From Rickettsiales bacterium (GTDB lineage: Bacteria > Pseudomonadota > Alphaproteobacteria > Rickettsiales > UBA998), in the NCBI GenBank assembly GCA_028279475.1, contig JANQNR010000011.1, positions 4,082 to 68,081 on the forward strand: a DNA stretch of 64,000 nucleotides, in the 5' to 3' direction. The position numbers were made by a program, and so were the translations under genes. Shown here in pieces: positions 35,997 to 46,099 of this stretch; position 1 is the first letter of the stretch, and each line of letters starts with the position of its first letter. A model generated the notes under the pieces. It saw nothing but the letters and a program-made list of their open reading frames with translations. It was not told where the DNA came from and ran no database searches.

Positions 35997-36325
35997 TTGG
36001 GCACGCTATCAGCCTTTTCAATCATCCCGGCCAAGGCAATATCACGTTGTGTCACGCCACCCGCATCATGCGTGGTCAGCGTAATCTCTGCATATCCCCA
36101 ACCAAAACGAATATCAGGGTGATGATTGGCACGCTCCGCCATCATGCTAACCAACGTGACAAACGCAAAACTCTGCTGGTAGTTAGAAAAGCGGTACTGC
36201 TTGGTAATATAGTAGTCAGATGCATCATAGCACCACCCATCGAGCCCCTTAAGAGCTTCCTGTATCGCATTGGTGGTCAGTATGGCGGGTATTTCAGGCA
36301 TTTCCACAGAAATAGAGGTTGTCAC
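35981..36325 (-). CDS. phhB: 4a-hydroxytetrahydrobiopterin (pterin-4-alpha-carbinolamine) dehydratase
   Basis: ITKQYRFSNYQQSFAFVTLVSMMAERANHHPDIRFGWGYAEITLTTHDAGGVTQRD. Confidence 0.9.
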   Translation of the reverse strand: MTTSISVEMPEIPAILTTNAIQEALKGLDGWCYDASDYYITKQYRFSNYQQSFAFVTLVSMMAERANHHPDIRFGWGYAEITLTTHDAGGVTQRDIALAGMIEKADSVPNKKGN

Positions 36326-36362
36326 AATACGGGTAGATTACCTATATAAGTCATTCCACATG

Positions 36363-36378
36363 AAAACTGTACAGTTTT
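36363..36378. promoter_or_regulatory. perfect 16-bp palindrome (candidate operator) in the phhB/folE divergent region
   Basis: AAAACTGTACAGTTTT, 38 bp upstream of the phhB ATG. It is immediately followed by TGTGGATAA (36381-36389), a perfect DnaA-box 9-mer. Confidence 0.3.
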
Positions 36379-36410
36379 TATGTGGATAAAATGACGATAA
36401 CTATATAATT

Positions 36411-36475
36411 TATAGCAGTTTCTCCTGCATAATTTCCGGACACTTGGTGTCCGAAAACTACTTGGAACTGCTATA
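36411..36475. mobile_element. MITE-like element, family D, copy 2
   Basis: TATAGCAGTTTCTCC...TTGGAACTGCTATA has the same termini as 30883-30965. Internal hairpin TCCGGACAC/GTGTCCGA. Confidence 0.65.
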
Positions 36476-36514
36476 ACATACAGATGCAAATGACAGATAA
36501 CAAGGATTCACACT

Positions 36515-37123
36515 ATGTCTTCTCCTACTTCCAACCGCCCGACTCGCGAAGCCGCCGAAGAGGCGGTACGCACACTCATTGCCTGGGCTGGGGATGATGC
36601 TTCGCGCGAGGGGCTGCTGGACACTCCGAAACGTGTTGTCAACGCCTACGAAGAATTCTTTGCCGGATACCAGGAAGACCCATCCAGGGTGCTCTCCAAA
36701 ACTTTTGAGGAAGTCGAAGATTATGACGAGATGGTGCTACTCAAAAATATGCGCGTCGAATCACATTGCGAGCATCATATGGTGCCGATCATCGGCGTGG
36801 CGCATATCGCCTATATCCCCTCCAAGCGGGTCGTCGGCATTTCCAAGCTGGCACGGCTGCTGGATGTCTATGCAAAGCGCCTACAAACGCAGGAAACCAT
36901 GACCGCGCAGATTGCTGATACGCTCAATACCGTGTTACAGCCCAAGGGCGTTGCCGTGATTATCGATGCAGCGCATCAATGCATGACCACACGAGGCGTA
37001 CACAAAACCGGCACCACCACGATTACCAGCCGCCTACATGGGTTGTTCAAGTCCGATCCACGCACCCGCCAGGAACTGATGACGCTCATCAGCTCCCCAT
37101 CCGTCGGCAACATTAATATCTAG
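36515..37123 (+). CDS. folE: GTP cyclohydrolase I
   Basis: REGLLDTPKRVVNAYEEFFAGY...ESHCEHHMVPIIGVAHIAYIP...RLQTQETMTAQIA. Confidence 0.95.
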   Translation: MSSPTSNRPTREAAEEAVRTLIAWAGDDASREGLLDTPKRVVNAYEEFFAGYQEDPSRVLSKTFEEVEDYDEMVLLKNMRVESHCEHHMVPIIGVAHIAYIPSKRVVGISKLARLLDVYAKRLQTQETMTAQIADTLNTVLQPKGVAVIIDAAHQCMTTRGVHKTGTTTITSRLHGLFKSDPRTRQELMTLISSPSVGNINI

Positions 37124-37153
37124 ATAATGTTGTCACATTCGCTAATGCTTAGT

Positions 37154-37285
37154 GAAAACGACAGATTTCTGAGAACCCACCTACGCCTGCAAGCAGGCTT
37201 CGGCGGGCAGGCCTTAAAAGCGGCGTGTCCTCCATAGCCCAAAGGGCGAAGGAGGAAAGCGCAGGGAAGCGTCGTTTGCAGCAAA
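37154..37285. repeat. structured repeat, family B, between convergent folE and ompW
   Basis: Outer inverted repeat GAAAACGAC/GTCGTTTGC. Hairpins CCTGCAAGCAGG and CCTCC...GGAGG. The core CCATAGCCCAAAGGGCGAAGGAGGA resembles CCGTAGCAAAGCGAAGGCGGA at about 55297-55328. Confidence 0.6.
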
Positions 37286-37310
37286 CAGTAGTAGAGTGTG
37301 GCAGCGCTAT

Positions 37311-37952
37311 CTAGAAGCGGTATCCGACACCTACCCCGAACACCCATGGATCCAGATCGACATCTGCCGTCACAGCGCCACTATTGACGGTAGCATCGAC
37401 GTTGTGGAACAGCTTTTTCACATCCACATTGAATGCCCAGTGCTCATCAATGCCGATATCCATACCAGCCTGCAGTGCATAGGAAATGCCGTTTTCGTAA
37501 TCAATATCCGCTGCCGCGCCGGAATCGTCATTGTACCAGACAATATAGCCCAGACCGGCACCCACATAAGGACGGAACTGACCAAACGGATTGAAGTGAT
37601 ACTGCGCGGTTAGGGTTGGCGGTAATGCCCAGACATGCCCGAGATCAACATTCCCCAGCGCGGTACCTTTCGCCTGCACATCATGTTTACTGGTGGCCGC
37701 GATAATTTCAGCAGCAATATGATCCGTGAAGAAGTAGGTCAAATCCAGTTCCGGCGTAATACCGAAATCAGCGTCAATTTCTCCGCCGATATTGGTCGAA
37801 CTGTCTTCATCGGGCACCACGTTAATCACCCGTGCACGAAGCAAGAAGCGTTCTTTCGCATCCCATGACTTTCCTTCTACCGTTTCCACGGCATGTGCCG
37901 CCGGAATAACCGTAGATGCCAGCATAGCTGTCAGCGCCAATGTACGAATCAT
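37311..37952 (-). CDS. ompW: OmpW family outer-membrane protein
   Basis: Signal peptide ending AHA. ARVINVVPDEDS...LDLTYFFTDHIAAEIIAAT...PWVFGVGVGYRF. Confidence 0.9.
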   Translation of the reverse strand: MIRTLALTAMLASTVIPAAHAVETVEGKSWDAKERFLLRARVINVVPDEDSSTNIGGEIDADFGITPELDLTYFFTDHIAAEIIAATSKHDVQAKGTALGNVDLGHVWALPPTLTAQYHFNPFGQFRPYVGAGLGYIVWYNDDSGAAADIDYENGISYALQAGMDIGIDEHWAFNVDVKKLFHNVDATVNSGAVTADVDLDPWVFGVGVGYRF

Positions 37953-38014
37953 AATATCAATCTCCTCAGATAGTTGTTTAAGGCCTCATAATACATTTTA
38001 TTGGCGTTTTAAAA

Positions 38015-38028
38015 TTGATTTTCGTCAA
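38015..38028. promoter_or_regulatory. FNR/FixK-type box upstream of ompW
   Basis: TTGATTTTCGTCAA (TTGAT-N4-GTCAA), centred about 69 nt upstream of the ompW ATG. Overlaps the ccoS stop codon. Confidence 0.55.
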
Positions 38029-38168
38029 TCTTCGTCATCCATCAGGATACGATTTGCAGCACCCTCCGGATCATCGTACTGGTTGGACTTCAAGGTCCAC
38101 AGAAATGCCACTAACCCTAGCCCGCCAAGCACCAGCGCCAGCGGAATCAAAAACAGCAATACATCCAT
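38025..38168 (-). CDS. ccoS: cbb3 oxidase maturation protein CcoS/FixS
   Basis: Own translation: MDVLLFLIPLALVLGGLGLVAFLWTLKSNQYDDPEGAANRILMDDED*. Canonical CcoS. The ATG directly follows the ccoI stop. Confidence 0.85.
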   Translation of the reverse strand: MDVLLFLIPLALVLGGLGLVAFLWTLKSNQYDDPEGAANRILMDDED

Positions 38169-40283
38169 TTATAGTAACTCCTGCAAACGGTTGATACGAA
38201 ACGAATTAGCGATTACAATCAGGGAAGACAGGGACATGGCAATCGCGGCAATCAATGGCGTCACATAGCCCAGCAACGCTATTGGAATCGCAATACAGTT
38301 ATACAGCACTGCCAACGTAAAATTCTGTTTCACCAGTTTTGTCGAAAATCTGGCCATGCGCCATGCTTGCAACACTGGCGCAAGGCATTCCCCCTGAAAG
38401 ACCATATCCGCACTGTTCTGCGTGATATCCATACCCGTTGCCGGCGACATGGATATATTCGCCTGCACCAGGGATGGGGCATCGTTCAAGCCGTCACCTA
38501 CCATCAACACCCGATGCCCCTGTTCCTGTAATTGCTGAATCTTCTGCGTTTTATCCGCCGGAAGCAAGGCACCCTGCCAATGGGTAATCCCCACTTCATG
38601 AGCAATCTGTGCGGCGACCGGCTCCCGATCACCGGACAGCAACCAATTGTCTAGGCCGGACGCATCCAGAACTTGTATCACACGCTGTGCATCATCACGC
38701 AATGTATCGCTGAATCTGAATGTTGCCACCGGCTTATTGTCTTGAAACAACCCTATCTGCGGCACTGCCTTTACCTCATCCGGAGATGCATCTATTTTCC
38801 CCAGACGCACACGTTGCCCATGATAGATAGCGTCCACACCGATGCCCGCCACCTCCTGTACGGATGTTAACGGCAGCAACTCGCCATCATAAGCACGGCT
38901 GATAGCCTGACTGTAAGGATGCCGGCTATGCGCCGCCAGCGACGCGGCAAGCTGAAAATCCGCTCCGGGCTCATGTTCCATCAATTGCGGCTTCCCCTTC
39001 GTCAGCGTACCGGTTTTATCAAAGACCACCGTATCAATCGCGGCCAGCCGTTCCAGCGCATCGCCGGTTTTAAGGAGGATACCACGCTTCATCAGCCAAC
39101 TGCTGGCAAGCACCTGCACCACCGGCACTGCTAGCCCTAATGCACAGGGACAGGTAATAATCAATGTCGTAATAGCAATGAGCAACGCATCCTGCCAGTC
39201 GATACCCCCAATGACATACCACCCGATAAAAGCACAGGCAGCAAGCGTATGCACTACTGGCGTATAAAGACGTGCCGCCTTATCCGCCAGGCGCACATAG
39301 CGTGCACGCCCCTGCTCCGCCTGCTCCATCAAACGGATAATATCGGCCAACACACTTTCTTCAGACGGGGTAAGGATACGACAGACCAGCGGCGTATTCA
39401 GATTGATGGTACCACCATACACCTTATCCCCTTCACCGACAAAACGTGGCAAGGTTTCTCCTGTTACCAAGCTGGTATCAATCTCTGAGTCTCCTTCCAT
39501 CACTTCGGCATCACTGGGAATTTTTTCTCCCGCTGCCACACGCACCACCATTGTCGCCTGCAATTCGGAGATGGGGATGCTGCGCGGCTTTCCGTCTTCC
39601 AGGACAGTGGCATATCCCTGCATCAACGTCAGTAATGCCTGTGCATGCTCTCGTGCTTTGCCACGCGCCCGCGCATCCAGCCAACGCCCGATCAGCAGGA
39701 AGAACAACAACATCACGGCAGAATCAAAATAGGCATGTTCGCCATGATCGAAGGTTTCGAACAGACTCATGGCGCAGGCCAGTATCAATGCCAGCGAAAT
39801 CGGCACATCCATATTGGTATGCCCTTTTTTCAACACACTGAGCGCAGAAGCAAAGAATGGACGCCCGGCATAGGCAATCGCCGGCAGGGCAATCATGGCG
39901 GAGAGCCAGTGCATCATATCCCGCGTGGCGATTCCCATCACGTCCTGCTGACTGCTCCATAATGCTACGGAGAGAAGCATGATATTTCCCATGGCAAATC
40001 CGGCAACGGCCATGCAACGCAACAAATAACGGTCTTCGCCTGTAGTGGTCTCAGGTTTTTCAAACGGTCTGATATGGTATCCCAGCGCCTCTACCAACTG
40101 CATGAAGCGATCCATCAATCCCGTATCTCCGCTCCATTGCAGCAACAAGCGATGGGTACTCATGTTCACCCGTGCCTGCATTACTTCCGGCTCACGGGTT
40201 AACGCTGACTCAATCGCCTGAATACAACGGGCGCAGCGAATACCGTCCACATGGAAATACTGGCTATGGAGCACCTGTTCCAC
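38169..40283 (-). CDS. ccoI: heavy-metal (Cu) translocating P1B-type ATPase CcoI/FixI
   Basis: HMA-like FHVDGIRCARC, CPC motif (ITCPCALGLA), DKTGTLT, GDGLNDAP. Confidence 0.92.
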   Translation of the reverse strand: MEQVLHSQYFHVDGIRCARCIQAIESALTREPEVMQARVNMSTHRLLLQWSGDTGLMDRFMQLVEALGYHIRPFEKPETTTGEDRYLLRCMAVAGFAMGNIMLLSVALWSSQQDVMGIATRDMMHWLSAMIALPAIAYAGRPFFASALSVLKKGHTNMDVPISLALILACAMSLFETFDHGEHAYFDSAVMLLFFLLIGRWLDARARGKAREHAQALLTLMQGYATVLEDGKPRSIPISELQATMVVRVAAGEKIPSDAEVMEGDSEIDTSLVTGETLPRFVGEGDKVYGGTINLNTPLVCRILTPSEESVLADIIRLMEQAEQGRARYVRLADKAARLYTPVVHTLAACAFIGWYVIGGIDWQDALLIAITTLIITCPCALGLAVPVVQVLASSWLMKRGILLKTGDALERLAAIDTVVFDKTGTLTKGKPQLMEHEPGADFQLAASLAAHSRHPYSQAISRAYDGELLPLTSVQEVAGIGVDAIYHGQRVRLGKIDASPDEVKAVPQIGLFQDNKPVATFRFSDTLRDDAQRVIQVLDASGLDNWLLSGDREPVAAQIAHEVGITHWQGALLPADKTQKIQQLQEQGHRVLMVGDGLNDAPSLVQANISMSPATGMDITQNSADMVFQGECLAPVLQAWRMARFSTKLVKQNFTLAVLYNCIAIPIALLGYVTPLIAAIAMSLSSLIVIANSFRINRLQELL

Positions 40284-40496
40284 GGAATTCCTCCTGCTTC
40301 AATCGACGCACCTCTTCCACGATATGGTCGTATTGCAACCCTTTCTCATAGGCGTTCTCCGTCACCACCCCATGATTGGTTGACACCGCAAGATAAACGA
40401 AAATGCCATTCACAACGAACACCACCAGGAAGGCTAATATAAAATATAGCGGAATTCGCACGTTATCATTCGGTTTATCATTGGCTGATAAAGACA
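40264..40496 (-). CDS. short FixH/CcoH-like membrane protein (about 77 aa; start uncertain)
   Basis: Sits in the ccoH position between ccoG and ccoI. One TM helix (LYFILAFLVVFVVNGIFVYLAV) then TENAYEKGLQYD, as in the FixH N-terminus. It ends after about 30 more residues. GTG at 40496. The ORF track gives 40554, which lies inside ccoG. Confidence 0.5.
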
Positions 40497-41998
40497 CTGG
40501 GCACCTCGTCTGTGATATTGGTTGTGAGTTCTTGTACCTGGAATGTGATCTCATGGCGCTGATTCGTCAATCCGTCTGCCGTGACAAACAGCCGGAAATG
40601 CCCGACACTGTCAGCAAAAACCGGCAGGCGAGACGTATCAAGCTGCCCGGCACCGCGCACGTCCATCATCGCGTTATTCAGCCCTGTAAGACTTAATCGG
40701 TATTGCCGGTCTTCATGCGTTTTATTGAGAATTCGGATATCATAGCCATTTCGGATGGAGCCATCTGACAGCTTGACAAATAGTGGGTTACGGTCATGCA
40801 ACACATGCAACTCCACCGGCGAACGTGTCAACAGGCTGTAGAGCATGATACCACCGACTAGCACCATAATCACGGTATAATAATAGGTGCGTGGACGTAA
40901 CAGGTGTGCCCAGAATCCTAGTTCCGGCTTGCCAGAATCGCGGGCTTCCTGATTGATCGTCGTATCATAGCGGATCAGGCCATGCGGCAGTTCCAGCTTG
41001 TCCATGACACCATTACAGGCATCCACACACAATCCACAGGCGATGCACTCATATTGCAACCCATCGCGAATATCAATACCCACCGGGCAAACCTGCACAC
41101 ATAACGAGCAATCAATGCAATCCCCAAGTATTGTTTCGTCGCCCCGCCTCACCTCCTGCTCGGCAGATGAGACGTGCTCATGGCTGGCGCGCTCTCCTGA
41201 GCGCGTAAGGGCAACCCCTCGCCGTTTTTCCCGTTTGCCTTTTCCTCGCGGTTCTCCACGGGCTTCATCATAGCCGATAATCAGGGTATCGCGGTCAAAC
41301 ATGGCCGACTGGAAACGCGCATAGGGACACATATATTTACAGACCTGCTGCCGGGCGAATCCGGCCATAATATACGTGCTTAACGTCAGGGCGATAATCC
41401 ATCCCAGCACCGGCCACGGCACATCAAGATGCAGAATATGCTCTAGTAAGGTCGGGGCATCATTAAAGTAAAAGACCCAGGCACCGCCGGTCAATGCACC
41501 AATTACCAGCCAGATGATGTGCGTCAGCCCTTTCTGCCAGATTTTTTTGAACACCCAGGGGCTTTCATCTAGCTTCTTACGGGCATTCCGATCCCCCTGA
41601 ATAATGCGTTCTACCCAGACAAACAGATCGGTCCAGACCGTCTGTGGGCAGGCATAGCCGCACCAGACGCGCCCTGCCAGCGCAGTGATGAAGAACAGCC
41701 CAACAGCCGCCAGAATCAGAAGACCAGCCAGATAATAGACTTCCTGCGGCCAGATTTCGATAAAGAAGAAATATCCGCGCCGGTTGGCCATATCAATGAG
41801 AATGGCCTGATCCGGCGCATTCGGACCGCGATCCCAACGCAGAAATGGCGCAAGATAATAGATAGCCAGCGTCACGATCATCACCAGCCATTTCAATTTG
41901 CGGTATCGCCCCCAAACCCGTTTGGGATAGATTTTTGGTTCTTTAGCAAAATACTGAATGGAGTCAGGAGGTCTGGAATCAGGAAAATTGGAAATCAT
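40478..41998 (-). CDS. ccoG: cytochrome c oxidase accessory protein CcoG/FixG
   Basis: RVWCGYACPQTVWTDLF, CKYMCPYARFQ, and 4Fe-4S motifs CIDCSLCVQVCP and CIACGLCVDAC. Confidence 0.93.
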   Translation of the reverse strand: MISNFPDSRPPDSIQYFAKEPKIYPKRVWGRYRKLKWLVMIVTLAIYYLAPFLRWDRGPNAPDQAILIDMANRRGYFFFIEIWPQEVYYLAGLLILAAVGLFFITALAGRVWCGYACPQTVWTDLFVWVERIIQGDRNARKKLDESPWVFKKIWQKGLTHIIWLVIGALTGGAWVFYFNDAPTLLEHILHLDVPWPVLGWIIALTLSTYIMAGFARQQVCKYMCPYARFQSAMFDRDTLIIGYDEARGEPRGKGKREKRRGVALTRSGERASHEHVSSAEQEVRRGDETILGDCIDCSLCVQVCPVGIDIRDGLQYECIACGLCVDACNGVMDKLELPHGLIRYDTTINQEARDSGKPELGFWAHLLRPRTYYYTVIMVLVGGIMLYSLLTRSPVELHVLHDRNPLFVKLSDGSIRNGYDIRILNKTHEDRQYRLSLTGLNNAMMDVRGAGQLDTSRLPVFADSVGHFRLFVTADGLTNQRHEITFQVQELTTNITDEVPSVFISQ

Positions 41999-42013
41999 AA
42001 CTTATTCCTGATT

Positions 42014-42925
42014 CTATTCCCCACCACCCAGGCTATGCACATAGATCGTGAGTTGCCGAATGGTATCGTCATCCAGCCGGTCTACCCATGCTGGCATCAT
42101 GCCGTGTTTGGGGTTACGAATCTGGCTGATGATTGCCTCCCTGCCACCATCTTCACTTTTCAACCAGATCGCATCGGCCAGGTTCGGAGCGCCGACTTCC
42201 TGCATACCACGTCCATCATAACCGTGACAGGCGGCACAATGCTCCCGATATACACGGGCACCAAGCGGTAACATGGCCTGTTCCGCTTCACTGATCTCCG
42301 CCGAAGCTACCGGTGCACGCCGCTGATAGAGTCCTCGCACATAGTCGGCTACTGCTTCGGTTTGCTCCGAATTCAGTATCTCCGCATAGGCAGGCATCAC
42401 CGATTGATGTGCCTCTTCATGCATCCGGATACCGTAGCGAATGGACTGATAAATGCTTTCCATATCGCCGCCCCATATCCAGTCATCATCATTCAAGTTG
42501 GGGTAGCCTGGCGCCCCGGCTCCACCCGTTCCATGACAGGTCGCACAATTATCCTTAAAGGCTGCACTGCCCCCGGCAATGGAAAAGGCATACAGTTCCG
42601 GGTCACGCATCACCTCTTCAAATGACGCCTGCCGAAACCGTTTAAGATATCCACCTCGACGCGCAATAATTTCTTCCTGTGATTCGGCAAGCTGCTTATA
42701 TTGTGTCCATTCTAGTGCGCCAGTCGTACCCCCACGTTCGCCACTACCGGAAAGCGTCGGCCACGCCGGGTAGACGACCCAGTAGCCAATGGACCAGATG
42801 ATGGTAAGGTAGAAAATCCATAGCCACCAGCGCGGCAGAGGATTGTTGAGTTCCTTAATCCCGTCCCATTCATGCCCGGTCGTTTCAATGCCGGTAATGT
42901 CATCCTTTTCTTTATGATCCGCCAT
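42014..42925 (-). CDS. ccoP: cbb3-type cytochrome c oxidase subunit P (dihaem c)
   Basis: ATG at 42925. [34 protein letters not shown], with two CxxCH motifs (CATCH, CAACH). Confidence 0.93.
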   Translation of the reverse strand: MADHKEKDDITGIETTGHEWDGIKELNNPLPRWWLWIFYLTIIWSIGYWVVYPAWPTLSGSGERGGTTGALEWTQYKQLAESQEEIIARRGGYLKRFRQASFEEVMRDPELYAFSIAGGSAAFKDNCATCHGTGGAGAPGYPNLNDDDWIWGGDMESIYQSIRYGIRMHEEAHQSVMPAYAEILNSEQTEAVADYVRGLYQRRAPVASAEISEAEQAMLPLGARVYREHCAACHGYDGRGMQEVGAPNLADAIWLKSEDGGREAIISQIRNPKHGMMPAWVDRLDDDTIRQLTIYVHSLGGGE

Positions 42926-43079
42926 TTCTTTCCTCTTCATCCAGTGGAATATGTTTATGTGACTCGATCGCCTTCCTGCGCCCTGGAGCGTATGCCCAAA
43001 TGACGATCCCAACGAATACTGCAAAGAAAAACAGCAACCCGATTAACCCGAAATCAGCAGATGCAAAGAGTGCTTTCAT
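42912..43079 (-). CDS. ccoQ: cbb3-type cytochrome c oxidase subunit Q
   Basis: Own translation: [59 protein letters not shown] overlap with the ccoO stop, and it overlaps the ccoP start. Confidence 0.75.
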   Translation of the reverse strand: MKALFASADFGLIGLLFFFAVFVGIVIWAYAPGRRKAIESHKHIPLDEEERNGGS

Positions 43080-43918
43080 GGTTGCCCCTCCTTATTTAAT
43101 TGCGCCCCGTGCGAAACATGCCGTCGCTCCGATGGCGCGCCGCTCCGCGGGCTCATGGCTGGCTCGGCCTCCTGGCCTCGCTTCTTTTCCTCAGCAACCA
43201 AATCCGGTTTGAAATCCTCAAAATCCACCAATGTGCCAAGCATTTGCAGATAGGCAACCAGCGCATCCATTTCAGAGGTGAATCTGGGATCACCGTCAAA
43301 GTCACGAATATTGACCTTCTCGCCATAGCGCTCCCGCAATGCCTCTGCATTGTCACTATCCGGCTGCACCTGCGCCATCGCATCATGATAGGCCGCCTCT
43401 ACCATTTCATCGGAATACGGAACACCAAGCACTTGCAGAGCGCGTAAATGCTTTTCAATATCATGCAAGTCCACTCCCCGCTTCGCCAGATGTGAATAAC
43501 CCGGCATAATGGATTCCGGCACCAGTGATTGCGGATCAATCAAGTGCTGCACCTGCCAGTCATCGGAATATTTGCCACCAACCCGCGCCAAATCCGGCCC
43601 GGTACGCTTGGAGCCCCACTGGAACGGATGGTCGTACATGCTTTCCGCCGCCAACGAGTAGTGGCCATAACGTTCCACCTCGTCACGCAACGGCCGAATC
43701 TGTTGGGAATGGCACGTATAACACCCCTCACGGATATAAATATTCTGCCCCACCAGCTCCAACGGCGTATAGGGGCGCATGCCGCTCACCGGCTCAATCG
43801 TGACTTCTTTACGGAACAGCGGGACGATTTCCACCAGCCCACCGATAGAAATGACCACGATCACCAACACCAGTAGGAAGATCGAATTTTTTTCCAGCTT
43901 GTCGTGATGTTTCATCAT
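43076..43918 (-). CDS. ccoO: cbb3-type cytochrome c oxidase subunit O (monohaem c)
   Basis: [16 protein letters not shown]...[20 protein letters not shown] overlap with the ccoN stop. Confidence 0.95.
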   Translation of the reverse strand: MMKHHDKLEKNSIFLLVLVIVVISIGGLVEIVPLFRKEVTIEPVSGMRPYTPLELVGQNIYIREGCYTCHSQQIRPLRDEVERYGHYSLAAESMYDHPFQWGSKRTGPDLARVGGKYSDDWQVQHLIDPQSLVPESIMPGYSHLAKRGVDLHDIEKHLRALQVLGVPYSDEMVEAAYHDAMAQVQPDSDNAEALRERYGEKVNIRDFDGDPRFTSEMDALVAYLQMLGTLVDFEDFKPDLVAEEKKRGQEAEPAMSPRSGAPSERRHVSHGAQLNKEGQP

Positions 43919-45366
43919 GCTATTGCTCCCTTCCAACCGGCATTCAGCGCCAGGTCATATTCCGGCTCGCTGCGACGCGCGCCCTTAATCGTCATCCAGA
44001 AATTATAGACCATAATCAGCGCACCCAGCAGGAACAGCACGCCACCAATCGCACGAATCACATAAAACGGATGCATGGCCATCACCGATTCAACAAAGCT
44101 ATATTCCAGGAACCCCATATCGTCGTAATCACGCCACATCAGCCCCTGCATAATGCCACTGACCCACATCGCGCAGATATAGATGACAATCCCGATCGTT
44201 GCGATCCACAGATGCACGTTCACCAGCCGCATGGAATACAGACGCTGATTCCACAAACGCGGCACCATGTGGTACAGGCAACCGAACGTAATGAACGCGA
44301 CCCAGCCTAGGGCGCCGGAATGGACATGCCCGATGGTCCAATCCGTATAATGGCTTAAGGAGTTCACCGACTTAATCGACATCAGCGGTCCTTCAAAGGT
44401 ACTCATACCATAGAAGGACAGTGCAATGATCATAAAGCGCAACACTGGATCTTCACGGAGCTTGTGCCATGCGCCGGAAAGCGTCATCATCCCGTTAATC
44501 ATGCCACCCCAGCTGGGCATCCACAGCATGATGGAAAAGGTCATGCCCAGTGTCTGCGCCCAGTCGGGTAACGCCGTGTAATGCAGATGGTGCGGCCCGG
44601 CCCACATATAGATAAAGATCAATGACCAGAAATGCACGATGGAAAGGCGGTAGGAATAGACCGGACGCTCGGCACGCTTGGGCACAAAATAATACATCAT
44701 CCCCAGAAAACCCGCCGTCAGGAAGAAGCCGACCGCATTATGCGCATACCACCACTGAATCATGGCCGATTGCACACCCGCCCAGACCGAATAGGATTTG
44801 CCGCTCGTGATGTCGGGCGGCAGTGACACGTTGTTCCCCAGATGCAGCACCGCCACGGTGATGATAAAGGCCAGATAGAACCAGTTGGCGACGTAGATAT
44901 GCGGCTCGCGGCGCTGGCGCAACGTCATCATAAAGACCACCAGATAGACCACCCACACGACGGTCAGCCATAAGTCGGCGTACCATTCCGGTTCCGCATA
45001 TTCCTTGCCCTGCGTCACACCGCCCAGATAACCCAATGCAGCTATGACGATAAATGCCTGGTAGCCCCAGAAGGTGAACTTCGCCCAGCCATCGCCCCAT
45101 AGCCGGGTACGGCAGGTACGTTGTACCACATAATAGGAGGTAGCAAACAGGGCACAGCCTCCGAATGCAAAAATCACGGCCGATGTGTGTAGCGGGCGCA
45201 AGCGGCCAAAGGTGAAGTACGGCTCCAGATTTAACCATGGATACGCCATTTGCAGCGCAATCAGTACGCCAACGGCAAAGCCGGCAATGCCCCAGAAAAT
45301 GGTTGCCAGCGTAAATAATTTGACAATCTCGTCATTATAGACCGGTTTCGTATCGGCTGATTGCAT
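43915..45366 (-). CDS. ccoN: cbb3-type cytochrome c oxidase subunit N (catalytic)
   Basis: 483 aa. [16 protein letters not shown]...[23 protein letters not shown]...[11 protein letters not shown]. Confidence 0.97.
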   Translation of the reverse strand: MQSADTKPVYNDEIVKLFTLATIFWGIAGFAVGVLIALQMAYPWLNLEPYFTFGRLRPLHTSAVIFAFGGCALFATSYYVVQRTCRTRLWGDGWAKFTFWGYQAFIVIAALGYLGGVTQGKEYAEPEWYADLWLTVVWVVYLVVFMMTLRQRREPHIYVANWFYLAFIITVAVLHLGNNVSLPPDITSGKSYSVWAGVQSAMIQWWYAHNAVGFFLTAGFLGMMYYFVPKRAERPVYSYRLSIVHFWSLIFIYMWAGPHHLHYTALPDWAQTLGMTFSIMLWMPSWGGMINGMMTLSGAWHKLREDPVLRFMIIALSFYGMSTFEGPLMSIKSVNSLSHYTDWTIGHVHSGALGWVAFITFGCLYHMVPRLWNQRLYSMRLVNVHLWIATIGIVIYICAMWVSGIMQGLMWRDYDDMGFLEYSFVESVMAMHPFYVIRAIGGVLFLLGALIMVYNFWMTIKGARRSEPEYDLALNAGWKGAIA

Positions 45367-45374
45367 GATAACTC

Positions 45375-46064
45375 CTAATATACACTCACCAGATTAAGTC
45401 CCAGCCCGCAAAGGAACAGGCCATTCAATGCCATCACCCCGCGACCGAATCGCATGGAAATAGCAGGATAATTGCGGCTGAGACGTAATGCCCCATAGCC
45501 GGTCAGTTGCAGAATGGGTACCGTTGTCAGACCAAATGCCAACATTACCAATGCTGCTTCCGCCACATGATCCCGTGTCGCCACTAAAAGCAACACGGCA
45601 TAAAGCATCCCACATGGCATCGCCCCCATCATCAGACCCCGCAAGTAATACCCCCACCGAACCGGAACGAACCGACTGAGGCGATCCTGCATGTTCTGCA
45701 CTGTTTGACAGCCACCATGATGCGTCTTCCGTGGCTGCGCTGCACTCACCATGAACGTGATACCTGCCGCCACCAGCATCAGATTGGCATAGGGTCGCAT
45801 ACTGCCGGAAAACACCCATTGGGACATGGTGACGGCCACCACCCCCAGCATGGCATAGGTGGTTATACGTCCGGCATGGTAGTAATACATGATGGTTTGC
45901 GGCTGATGCCTGTCACGCAGTTGCAACATCTGCGCCGATACCAATGGCGCGCACATGACGCTGCAATGGCTTAACCCTCCGATCAGGCCAGCCAGCATAA
46001 CGCTCAACCAGACGGGAAAACCCGTCGAGAGCAGCTCCGAACATTGCACCAGAAAATATTGCAT
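45375..46064 (-). CDS. DsbD_2 / TauE-like membrane protein with an HCxxMC motif, first gene of the cco block
   Basis: [19 protein letters not shown] and six or so TM helices. Only 8 bp upstream of ccoN. A later in-frame start (M23) is possible. Confidence 0.7.
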   Translation of the reverse strand: MQYFLVQCSELLSTGFPVWLSVMLAGLIGGLSHCSVMCAPLVSAQMLQLRDRHQPQTIMYYYHAGRITTYAMLGVVAVTMSQWVFSGSMRPYANLMLVAAGITFMVSAAQPRKTHHGGCQTVQNMQDRLSRFVPVRWGYYLRGLMMGAMPCGMLYAVLLLVATRDHVAEAALVMLAFGLTTVPILQLTGYGALRLSRNYPAISMRFGRGVMALNGLFLCGLGLNLVSVY

Positions 46065-46099
46065 GGTCGTAATGTACGCACATACGAAACAAGCTCCCC

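Noticed and set aside
36363-36378. An E. coli-type LexA box, because of CTGT...ACAG within AAAACTGTACAGTTTT.
   Set aside because: CTGT and ACAG are contiguous here rather than separated by 8 nt. Alphaproteobacterial LexA also uses a different, direct-repeat motif.
45375-46064. The DsbD_2-like gene as a second sulfite exporter paralogous to 2338-3363, and hence a sulfur-related system.
   Set aside because: It shares only general TM character with the TSUP protein. Its HCxxMC motif and its position at the head of ccoNOQP fit the cytochrome-biogenesis-type DsbD_2 family better. There are no sulfur-metabolism genes nearby.
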